64,000 bases of DNA from Sminthopsis crassicaudata (taxonomy: Eukaryota). The notes under the pieces are model-generated. The model searched no databases and was not told the origin of the DNA. It worked only from the letters and a program-made list of their open reading frames with translations. The stretch's first letter is position 1. Each line of letters starts with the position of its first letter. The translations under genes and the position numbers were made by a program. Positions 28,471 through 38,945 of the stretch are shown in pieces. The stretch lies in NCBI RefSeq assembly GCF_048593235.1, contig NC_133617.1, positions 586,314,958 through 586,378,957 of the forward strand. Direction: 5' to 3'.

Positions 28471-28718
28471 TGTTGTTGTCAAGTCATTTTTCAGTCCTGT
28501 CCAAATCTTCTTGGCCCCATTGGGGGTTTTCTTGGCAAAGATACTGGAGTAGTTTGTCATTTCCTTCACTCTTTTACAGATAAGTAAACTGAGGCAGTGT
28601 TAAAATGACTTGTCCAGGTTAACACAGTTAATAAATGTCTGAGGCCACATTTGAACTCCAGATGAGTCTTTCTGACTCCAGACCCAGAATTCTACTCACC
28701 GTATCACCTAGCTGCCCC
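28471..28718 (-). mobile_element. Mar1-type CORE-SINE
   Basis: ttttcttggcaaagatactggagtagtttgtcatttcc, CORE motif, and the reverse head cacctagctgcccc. Confidence 0.75.
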
Positions 28719-28781
28719 ATAAGATACATAAATTTATTTTTTCCTGTATGATCTTTGTCTTAGAGAAGAAATGCTTGAAAA

Positions 28782-30040
28782 GATGGACATTCAATGAAAC
28801 TGGTGAATTCCATTCATTTTTGATGAAAAGACCAGAGCTAACAAAAAATCTGACCTCCAAATATAGAACTCAAAGCAGCATAAAAAGCTAAGGAAAAAAT
28901 ACTTTTTGAGAACTATTTTTGTTATGGGTGTTCAGAGAAGACACATATGATCTGATTTTACTGTTATAATAATATATAACATTCCACTAGAGCTTGAAAG
29001 GGGATAGTAACAGAAAAAAAAAAGGGGAAAGTGTAAGTAAAATGAGGGAAATTACATCTCAGGAAGAGGCAAAGAAAACCTATTATAATTGAGGGAAAGA
29101 AGGGAGGGTAACGAATATTGTGTGAACCTGACTCTCATCAGATTTGGTTCAAAAAAAAAAAAAATATTAGATATCTTTTGTTTCATCGAGAAACTTCTCT
29201 CACCTAAGAGAAAAGTGGGTGGGGAAAGGCAAAAAGGGAAAGGGTAGGCTAAATAGAAGGGAAAACAGAAATAATAGGGGAAAGGTATAAGAAAGGGGGA
29301 GGGTCTCTAAAGGGGAGGACTGCTTGAGGCAAGTAGTGCTCATAAGTAAAATATTGGGAAGGAGGGAAAGGGAAAAAGGAAAGAGAAAAATATAATTTGG
29401 GGTTAAGATAGCAGACATACAGAATTAGAACTGTAAATGTGAATGGGGTAAACTCTCCCATAAAACATAAGCAGATAGCATATTGGATTAAAAGCCAGAC
29501 TCCTACAATATGTTGTTTACAAGCAACACATTTAAGGCAGAGCGATACATACAGAGGAAAGGTAAAAGGCTGAAGCAGAATCTATTATGCTTCAGGTTAA
29601 GTAAAATAAAAGCAGGGGTAGCCATCCTGATCTCAGATCAAGCAAAAGCAAAAATTGATCTGATTTTAAAAGATAAGGAAGGAAACTACATCTTGCTAAA
29701 GGGTACCATAGATAATGAAGCAATATCAACATTAAACATATATGCATCAAATGATGTAGCATCCTTGCTTGTATTTTGTTTTCTCAGTTTTTCTTTTCCT
29801 TCCTTCTTGATCTGATTTTTCTTTTGCAGCAAGATAACTGTATAAATATGTATACATATATTGGATTTAACATGTATTTCAACATATTTAACATGTATTG
29901 GACTCCTTGACAGCTAGGGGAGGGAGTGGGGGAAAGAAGGGTAAAATTTGGAATAGTTTTGCAAGAGTCATTGCTGAAAAATTACCCATGCATATGCTTT
30001 GTAAATGAAAAAAGAAAAGAAAAGAAAGAAAAAAAAAAAA
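28782..30040 (+). mobile_element. L1: 5'-truncated and internally deleted (ORF1 end, spacer, ORF2 endonuclease N-terminus, 3'UTR, polyA), with a 16-bp TSD
   Basis: EN peptides TVNVNGVNSPIKHKQIAYWIK...ICCLQATH and KAGVAILISD...LNIYAS, with stops and a frameshift; abrupt jump to the 3'UTR at 29764/29765; TSD aagaaatgcttgaaaa at 28766-28781 and 30041-30056. Confidence 0.9.
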
Positions 30041-30955
30041 AAGAAATGCTTGAAAATCTTCAGCTAATTTTAATACACTGACTTCCTTTAGCCCCCAACT
30101 AAAAATCCCACCTTCTACAGGAACCCTTTCTCAACCGCTTAATTGTACTTCCTTTCCTCTATCACTTATTTCCTAATTATCCAATATATAGCTTGCTTTG
30201 TGCCAGAAAAGTAACAGCTCTTGACCCCAAATATGACATTAGGATCTTGTTTGCTCTATAATTTCCTAATCCAAGTATTCAAGAATAAGTCATGGCAAAA
30301 GCACACATACAGTAACAGTTTTCCCATCCAAGGGAGAGGGAAGAATCTGGATTATAGAATATTTGAAAGCCCACTTCATTACTTTATAGTACTTACATTA
30401 TGTACAACCACAATTATAGAGTATTTTGTAATAAAGCCCCTCAAATCCAATCACTTAAATGACTGATTAGGTAAGAATTTGATATTAGCAATGTTTCCTA
30501 AGTGCTAGAAATGGCTCTGTTGCTTTCATAGTTTTAAGCTCTCAGCCCGAAATCTTATCTCTATTATGCTTACTCTGCCCTTTCTTTCAGACAAAATGGC
30601 GTAATAAACTTGAGTGCAGGCTCCTTTGTTATTCCTGAATTCCAAATTAACATGATTTTCCCAGGCTGACTATTTAAACACAGCATCACTACAATATGGA
30701 AAGAACCCGCTATTTGAAGCAGGGAGAATGAAACCCAGAAATAGTTCTGAATCTATGGCAATATGCCTAGCTCTGTATTTACTTACTGTTCTAGAGAACT
30801 GGAAAGGATCCCCCCAACCCACCAGCAACAGCCTGTCCTCAACAAGACAGAGTACCAGGAGCATCTCTCCACTCCCAATAATGCTGCTACTCAACTCTCT
30901 GGGATTCTTGCACCTATCATGAACATTGAATGCATCATATAAATAAGGTTGGGTT

Positions 30956-30958
<3 letters not shown>

Positions 30959-31012
<54 letters not shown>
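30959..31012. repeat. (TG)27 microsatellite
   Basis: Directly visible. Confidence 0.97.
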
Positions 31013-31015
<3 letters not shown>

Positions 31016-31300
31016 CCTGACAACCTTTTGAAGAAAATAATTAAGGCATTTTTCTTTCTTCTTTTTTTCTCTAGAACCATTTTTTACCTACATAGAAAAT
31101 TTCCATCACAGAAACAGTTATCATTGAGGGGAACTGACAAATCATCCGTAACTTAGGCTGCATTATTAAGAGATTAAATGGGAACAATGACACAGGAATC
31201 AGAAGAACCTGAGTTCAAATCACTTAACCCTGGTTGCCTCCAAAACAAGCCCCCAAAAAGAGGTTAAATAATTTAATCAGGATTCAAAAGTTAGGACTTA

Positions 31301-31444
31301 GGGCAGCCAGGTGGCGCAGTGGATAGCGCACCAGCCCTGAATTCAGGAGGACCAGAGTTCAAATCTGGTCTCAGACACTTAATACTTCCTAGCTGTATGA
31401 CTCTGGGCAAGTCACTTAACCCCAGCCTCAGGAAGAAAAAAAAA
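31301..31444 (+). mobile_element. Young WSINE1-like SINE with 15-bp TSD
   Basis: TSD aaaagttaggactta at 31286-31300 and 31445-31459; intact A/B-box head and poly(A). Confidence 0.92.
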
Positions 31445-31789
31445 AAAAGTTAGGACTTAAACCCCTGTCTCTCTGACTCCAGGATCAACTCTCTATCCAT
31501 TACAGAAGTATCATCAACTAAGACTTCAATGAACCAGAACCAAATTAAAATGTAATTGGGAAATTTTGAACAAAGTAAATGTAGACAATAGAAGTAGATA
31601 ATAGTAATGTTTTCTAAATCCTTAATCTAAATTAATGTCTCACCTCAAATTCATTTGCATTATGCTCATTGTCCAGGTGATAGGTGAGGGAACTTGCCCG
31701 GGGTTGAACAATTCAAATAAGGAGGCAGAACCCTATATCCCTCTGGTCTCTGGACCAGAAATGCATCCACCACATTTAAATTGACTTAC

Positions 31790-31957
31790 GTGTTTCCGCA
31801 TTTCTGTGGCTACCGTTCTGGACATCATGATGCAGCAGATGATAGAGATGAGGATGAAGTAGAGTGCGTACATGAAGCGAGTGCTCCTGGACTGCCGGAT
31901 CCGGGGGCAACATTTGCAGCACAAGGCACAACCAGCATATCCACAGCAGCAAGCCAA
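31790..31957 (-). CDS. SERINC5: SERINC5 coding exon (exon 2 equivalent), 168 nt: LACCCGYAGCALCCKCCPRIRQSRSTRFMYALYFILISIICCIMMSRTVATEMRKH
   Basis: Acceptor cttttttttcag and donor gtaagt; Cys-rich SERINC N-terminus plus TM1; lies within ORF 31733..32059. Confidence 0.98.
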
Positions 31958-32097
31958 CTGAAAAAAAAAGCATACACACAAAAATGCTGTTATGTCTTTA
32001 AGCACAGGAGCCCACAGGTACTGGGAACCCACAGCTTCTGGTAGTGAATTTAAGTACATTCAGTTTCTCAAACTTTTCAATTAAATTATTGTAGTCA

Positions 32098-32260
32098 TAT
32101 TGGATTTAACATATATTTTAACAGGTATAATATATATTGGATTGCTTACCATCTAAGGAAGGGGATGGGGGAAGGGACAACTGAAATACAAAGCTATGCA
32201 AGAATCAATGTTGAAAAATTATCCATGAATATGTTTTGAAAGTAAAAAGCTTTTTAAAAA
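32098..32260 (+). mobile_element. Short L1 3' tail with degenerate TSD
   Basis: L1 tail motifs; flanked by aaattattgtagtcat and aaactattgtagttat. Confidence 0.6.
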
Positions 32261-32679
32261 ACTATTGTAGTTATGATGTTCCCATTTGGGTGCCACCATT
32301 TAGTAAGAATATTACCCAGAGTTTTATTTTATTAACTGTACTAAATCACTGCCTTTAATCAAGTCAATAAGTCTGGCACTTGCATAGTGCTGGGAATACA
32401 TGTGCAACCAAAAAGATAGCCAGTCCCTGCCCTCAAGGAGCTTATACGCTAATGAGAAAGTCACAAAAGGAACAGGGGAGGAGGGAAAGACCACCAATAT
32501 CAGAAAACAAAGAGATGGCTAATTTTGACTATTTCTTTAAATGGAGGTTTTTGGAGTCATCATCCAATCTGAGGGAAGGATTCCCAGGAGCCATCAGAAA
32601 TTATTTTCCAGGATGAAATGATTGCTAGGGATGGAGTAAGCTGGAAATTGTATAAGGGCAATCTGGAGGGCTAAAGAGT

Positions 32680-33030
32680 CTTGAAATCAAGTCAAAAAAT
32701 CATTTCAAAGAACTGGGTATGTTTACCCTGGAGAAAGGAAGCCTCAGAGGAGACATAAGAGCTTGTCTTCAAGTTATCTGAAGGGATAGCACATAAAATA
32801 GAGATAATGCTAGTCCTGTTTCATCCCTTAGGACAGAAGTACAGAGGGCAAATATCAGGAAAAACAATTAGAATTGCTGAAAAATTAAATGAGCTGTTTC
32901 CTTGGAGGTCTTCAAGCAGAGGAAGGAAGACAACTTGTCAGGTATGTTATAAAGGGGATGTCTTTCACAGATGCTTTGGATTAAATGAACACTAAGGTTC
33001 TGCTAACTCTCAAATCCTCTGATTTGGGGC
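32680..33030 (+). mobile_element. CR1/L3 3' end fragment
   Basis: aaagaactgggtatgtttaccctggagaaaggaagcctcagaggagacat (KELGMFTLEKGSLRGD-like) and a CR1-type tail. Confidence 0.65.
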
Positions 33031-33429
33031 ACATGCTATGCAAGAAAGCTTTAAGACTGGATGCCAGTAGGAAATAAATACTTGCAATAAAGACAGTGAT
33101 TTACATCACTGTTAAGGGGCTTTAAGATAATTTAAGAATTTAAGATAATGAAGAATATCAGGCAAAGACTAGGTTACTTTGATAAGGAGCTAACATTCTA
33201 GGAAGGAAGGTTGGGTGGAGATCATTTGGAATACTGGGGTACTTCCTGGATCACAGGTTTAGATACAATAGGAGGCTTTAGGAAATCAGAAGTAAGGATA
33301 TTGTGCACCTAGAACAAAGTAGAAAAAGTCTAAAGAGAGGATAAAGAAACAAAGGAAGCCTAGGAAAGATAAGAATGAAATACAGAATGCTGAGAATGGT
33401 GCAAAAAAAAAAAGAACGGAGCTGAACCA

Positions 33430-34030
33430 CATACAAGAATTATAAGCTGTGTGCAAAAATGTTGATAGCAGTCCTTTTTGTAGAGGCAATAAACTGGAAA
33501 CTGAATGGATGCCCATCAGCTGGAGAATGAATAAGTTACGGTATATGAATGTTATGGAATATTATTGTTCTATAAGAAATGATCAGCAGAATTATTTTAG
33601 AGAGGCTGGAAAGACTATAAGTGAGCAGAACCAGGAGAACATTGTACATGACAATAACAAGATTACAGGATGATCAACAACAATGAGGTGATTCCAATAG
33701 ACTTGTGATAAAGAGAACCATCTGCATCCAGAAAGAGGATCATGGGGACTGAGTGTAGATCAAAGCATAGTAATTTCATCTTTTTTGTTGCTGTTTGCTT
33801 ACTTTTGTTTTTCTTTCTTTTTTTTTTTCCTTTTTGGCCTGATTTTTCTTGTGCAGCATAATAAATGTGGAAATATGTATAGAAGAATTACTATTTAACA
33901 TATATTGGATTGCTTGCTGTCTTGGGGATAGGGGAAGGAAAGGAGAAAAATTTGGAACACAAGGGTTTTGCAGGGATGAATGCTTAAAACTATCTTTGCA
34001 TGTATTTTGAAAATAAAAAGCTATTATTTT
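33430..34030 (+). mobile_element. L1 3' end (ORF2 C-terminus plus 3'UTR)
   Basis: aactggaaactgaatggatgcccatca...atgaatgttatggaatattattg...aataaaaagcta. Confidence 0.85.
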
Positions 34031-34798
34031 TTTAAAAATAATTATATGCTGGAAAGAGAAAGCATTTTATAATGTAGAGTCTGGCTTAATGGCCATTATA
34101 CTGAAAGCAGATTTCTTTAAGAGGCAAGAATGACATCATCCTTCACCCACAGGGCCCAAAGCACTCCTTAGATTGGGTTAGTTGCTATTAAGTCAGGTAA
34201 CATTTCACAAAAAATTGGAAACAAATCCCAGACACCTCACTCTTCCCAAGTAGCTTGTTCCTCTTCTTGATGAAATCTCTTGTTAGACCCTAGGTTGCTT
34301 GGACTAATTAACCAAACTAACTGGAATTAAATTAATCCTGGCCCTATAGCCAGGAGGGAAGGTCTACAAGTTAGCAAGAGAGATAGAACTGTAAAGGTCA
34401 TCTCCATCTGTCAGTTTTCCACATACCTCCCTAGATTACTTCATATACATCTCCCAAGTAACCCTGCTGTATTATTTTTGATAATCCAAAAATGCTCATT
34501 TGTTAAACCTTAATTCACAGTATGAAAAAATCCATTACCTTTCCCCAAAGTAAATGTGAAAAAGAAGGATGTTACAATGTTAAAATCTAAGTTGGGCTCT
34601 GAAGTCCAATAGAATCCATATGGGAAAAACAACCCTGATGTCAAATGGAATATTTTCCCCTACTAGCTGGTGACAGCAAGTCATAACCTCTGTAAGTTCC
34701 AATTTGTTTATCTGTAAAATGAGAATGCTACTTATACAAATCACCTTAAAAATTACTGTAAAGATCAGACATATATGTGAAAAAGACATGGTCTCTTT

Positions 34799-35456
34799 TT
34801 GTAGTGGCCAGAAACTGGAAACTGAATGGATGCCCATCAATTGTAGAATGGTGAATAAATTGTGGTATATGAATGTTATGGAATATTATTGTTCTATAAG
34901 AAATGACCAACAGGATAATTTCAGAAAGGCCTGGAGAGACTTACATGAACTGGTGCTGAATAAAATGAGCAGGACCAGGAGATCACTGTACATTTCAACA
35001 ACAATACTATATGATGAATAATTCTGATGGACATGGCCATCTTCAACAATGAGATGAACCAAATCAATTCCAATAGAGCAGTAATGAACTGAATCAGTTA
35101 TACCCTGTGAAAGAACTCTGGGAGATGACTGTGAACCACTACATAGAATTCCCAATCCCTCTATTTTTGTCCACTTGCATTATTGATTTCCTTCACAGGT
35201 TAATTGTACACTATTTCAAAGTACGATTCTTTTTGTACAGCAAAATAATTGTATGGGCATGTATACACATATTGTATTTAATTTATACTTTTACATATGT
35301 AACATGTGTTGGTCAACCTGCCATATGGGGAGGGGATGGGGGAAAGAATGGGAAAAGTTGGAACAAAAGGTTTTGCAATTGTCAATGCTGAAAAATTACC
35401 CATGCATATAGCTTGTAAATTAAAAGCCATATTAAAAAAAAAAAAAAAAAAAAAAT
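34799..35456 (+). mobile_element. L1 3' end with poly(A) and TSD
   Basis: TSD acatggtctcttt at 34786-34798 and 35457-35469; long A-tail. Confidence 0.9.
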
Positions 35457-35529
35457 ACATGGTCTCTTTGGGAACTAGATTTTCTAAAAGCTTGTTGGCA
35501 AAACAAATCCGGGAACTATGTGACCAAAT

Positions 35530-35730
35530 TTTTTTTTAGATGTTATACAAATAAAATCAGATTTAAATAATTGAAGAACTATTCATTGTTCATGTATAGG
35601 TTGATCCAATGTAATAAAAATGACAATTTTACCTAAACTAATTTATATATTCAATGTCATCCAAAATAAATTACCAACAAATCATTTTACTGAAATAGAA
35701 AAAATAACAACAAAATTTATTTGTAAGCAT
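35530..35730 (+). mobile_element. Old L1 ORF2 fragment (post-RT region)
   Basis: Translates to [22 protein letters not shown]-like L1 ORF2 sequence. Confidence 0.7.
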
Positions 35731-36980
35731 GACGAGGATATGGCATAGTTACTGAAAGACAAGTATTCCCAGTATGAGAAGTTTTTTAAAATTCCTAGGG
35801 AGCTCTGAAGCCTTTGAGGCTCCAAAGCCAGAAGTACAGACAAAGATCTTAGATAAAAGATACACTTTGAATTCCAAGAGGTCAGACTCCTTTAAATTTT
35901 ACATTTCTCCCAGGTGTATAGGCAGATTGCTCTACAAAAAAGTAAGTACTTATCAGTGGTTAGGATGAATATTAGCTAAAGGTGAAGCAGATGATACATG
36001 TAAAGGATAATTTCAGGCAGCAAAAGATATTAAAATTCCAGAAACTAAGTGGACTAAAGGCAAAAACTTAACCTGTGACTAGTTATATTTCATATTTGTA
36101 GTTTTAAGTTTAAAAAAAACTTTCTTCACAAAAATTTTGGTGTGAAGAGAATGACAGTATAATAATCATCATCACTATTATTATTTTATTCTAGCAACCT
36201 AGTATTCCTATAACTCTTCCAGAATTCCTGGAGTTTTTAAAAGTTGGTTTTTCTTTACAATGTTTTTGCTGCTATATAAATTATTCTTCTGGTATTGCTG
36301 ACTTCATTTTGTATTAGTTTATACAAGACTTACAACTTTCTGAAATCAGTCCCTTGGTTACAAGAACAATAACACTAATATCATCAAGCATTTACATACT
36401 ACTTTAAGGTTTATGAGATGTTTTATGAATATTATATCATTATATCCTCTTGTGAGAGGATGATACAAGGAGACTGAGAGGCAGATATTGTTTTCTAACC
36501 TCTCTGAGAGGCCACACAATACAACAATCCTGGGAAGTAGGTATTGTTATCCCTGTGTTATAGATGAAGAAACTAAGGCATACAAAGGTAAAGTGAATTG
36601 TCTAGAAATCAGAGAGCTAAATAAGGGTCTGAAGCCAAATTAAACCAGATTTTCCTGCCTCTGAGACAAGAGGTAAAATGTGAGGTAAAAAACTTGCTGA
36701 GAGTCACAACGGCAGGAAGTTCAAACACAGGTCTGATGACTTCAAATTCAATGTTCTTTGAATGTTCTACCATATCTGGATGGAAAATAAAATAATTGAG
36801 TCAGAGGTTCCTGAGCCCCAAAAGGTCAGAACCTCTGGCTAAAAGAGAATAAGACAACAGTAGACATTCAAAAAGTTGTTCAGGGCTTTAAATTTCTATG
36901 ATTATAATTATTATGAAATTACAGGTGCAAAAACCTCAACTATATGTAGTTCCTTTTTCCAAATTCTCTCACCCTATAGT

Positions 36981-37244
36981 GTTTTTTTTTAATAGTTTTT
37001 ATTTACCAGATATATGCATGGGTAATTTTACAACATTGACAATTGCCAAACCTTTTGTTCTAATTTTTCCCCTCCTTCCCCCACCCAGATGGCATGTTGA
37101 CCAATACATGTTAAATATGTTAAAGTATAAATGAAATACAATATAAGCATACATAGTTGTTTTACTGTACACAAAGAATCAGACTTTGAAATAGTGTACA
37201 ATTAGCCTGTGAAGGGAATCAAAAATGCAGGTGGACAAAAATAG
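36981..37244 (-). mobile_element. L1 3'UTR fragment, sense to SERINC5, with TSD
   Basis: Poly(T) at the left end; TSD tcaccctatagt at 36969-36980 and 37245-37256; TTTT/AA site at the right flank. Confidence 0.9.
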
Positions 37245-37852
37245 TCACCCTATAGTTTTAAAAAAAGAAAGGAGGAAAGGGAAGGGAGGAAGGGAGAAAG
37301 AGAGAAAGGGAGAAAGGGGAAGGGAGGAAGAGAGAAATAAGAAGGGATGGAGGGATGGAAGGAGGAAAGCAGCTTTGGGGTAGCAGGAAGACAATCAGCC
37401 CCCTGCATTAGAAATACTGGCTCTGTGAACCAACTAAGCTGCAGAACTGCTGCCAATTTACATTGGTCAAGGAAGATCCTACACCAAAGAAATTGCACCA
37501 CCAGAACAAAAACAGAAAAATGAAATGTGTTCCTGCATTGAGAACCAACTATGTTTGATAAATTATAGTTAACAATGTGGAAGTAAGGACTATGGAAGGA
37601 AAAGGAAAGACCAGGAAGAGAAGGTAGGATCCAGAACAATCACCTCCCTTTTTTTATGCTTCAAGATGGCAAAAAAGTTATTTTGAATTTCATCCAGCAG
37701 CCAAGTCAAACCCTCTTTTGCCATACTAGATTATTTGGAATTTAGCAAGGAGATTTGTGATGACTGAAGACCTTTCAAACAAATAAAGCCATAGCTACCT
37801 CCCTTCACCTCTCTTCTCCCTTTCTACTGCTCTCCACACTAAAGGAGCAAAT

Positions 37853-38048
37853 TAAAATTCATTCTACCACTTCAAAAAAGCTATTGGAATCTTGCCACAC
37901 TGGTCTCTCTTCCTTCTCCTCCTTTCTTCCCTGCAGATATGTCCTTACTCTAAAATTCATTCTACCACTTCAAAAAAGCTATTGGAATCTTGCCACACTG
38001 GTCTCTCTTCCTTCTCCTCCTTTCTTCCCTGCAGATATGTCCTTACTC
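37853..38048. repeat. Perfect 2 x 98-bp tandem duplication
   Basis: 37853-37950 is identical to 37951-38048 by eye. Confidence 0.92.
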
Positions 38049-38385
38049 TCACCCCATCTTCTTTTCTGAAACCCATATAGCTAGATTCTGTAGTCACAAA
38101 ATCCCAGCTACCTAGCTGACGGGTGTGTCTTTGCCAATGATCTCAGGGTGGAAACTAACCAGATTTTCATCCCACCCTCATAAAACACCTGAACTGACTG
38201 ATCTCCCTAGAGGAACCAGTATAATCCCAAGGTGGCCATGACACCAAAACTGAGCCAGTTACTCTGAACCTGGGAACCTCCTGAGGTGCAAAAGACCTTG
38301 GGCAAAGTCTCCGGGCCTAACTTTGTTCATCAGTAAAATGAATATAAGTCTATAAGGCTTCCTGGGTGCCTTCTAGTTCTCAATC

Positions 38386-38664
38386 TGTTGGAAAACACGG
38401 GAGTCACCTGACAGTGGCTGCTGGAGATCCAACCCAGAATGGATCTCCTCTTGTGAGAGGATGATACAAGGAGACTGAGAGGCAGTTGCTGCTCTCCGAC
38501 CTCTCTGATGGAGAGGCCATTGCTTTGTCTGACCTCCCTCCTCTTTCCTCTGCCTCCAATTTATCTCATTCCCAGTCCTCAACACCTGTGTCAGCAAAGG
38601 CTGCCCTGCAACTCCTTCAGATGCTATGATCCACAGCTATGGAGAACTGATCTGGCCCTTAACA
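38386..38664 (-). mobile_element. Probable solo LTR (279 bp); orientation tentative
   Basis: TGTT...AACA termini; near-TSD tcaat at 38380-38384 and 38665-38669 (one extra base on the left); GC-richer than flanks; part of it recurs at 36445. Confidence 0.55.
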
Positions 38665-38800
38665 TCAATATATTATTCTATGGACAATTTAATATTTCTT
38701 TGATTATACAGTTAAGTCCAGTATTTTGCCCTACCTTGGGATCCTTCCTACAAGGTAACTAGTATTACCCTAGCACTGACTGTATCAAAATTACAGGAAA

Positions 38801-38945
38801 GAGGTAGCTAGTTAGTGCAGTGGATAGAGTATCAGCCCTGAAGTCAGGAGGATCTGAGTTCAAATTAGGCCTCAGACTCTTAACACTTCCTAGCTGTGTG
38901 ACCTCGGGCAAGTCACTTAACCCCAAATTGCCTTAGGGGGGAAAA
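38801..38945 (+). mobile_element. WSINE1-like SINE
   Basis: agtgcagtggatagag...gagttcaaat...gggcaagtcacttaacccc. Confidence 0.8.

Noticed and set aside
29510-29815. 101-aa ORF as a host gene
   Set aside because: It is an L1 ORF2 endonuclease fragment running into the L1 3'UTR.
30670-31156. HT- and VC-repeat ORFs (also at 42425 and 51981)
   Set aside because: Produced by (CA/TG)n microsatellites.
31781-32044. Plus-strand 87-aa ORF antisense to exon 2
   Set aside because: A shadow ORF of a coding exon, with no independent support.
31958-32059. Extra N-terminus (MYLNSLPEAV...CVCFFFQ) of ORF 31733..32059 as the SERINC5 start
   Set aside because: It is intronic read-through across a canonical polypyrimidine-AG acceptor; the expected short exon 1 (MSAQCCAGQ-like) is not in the window.
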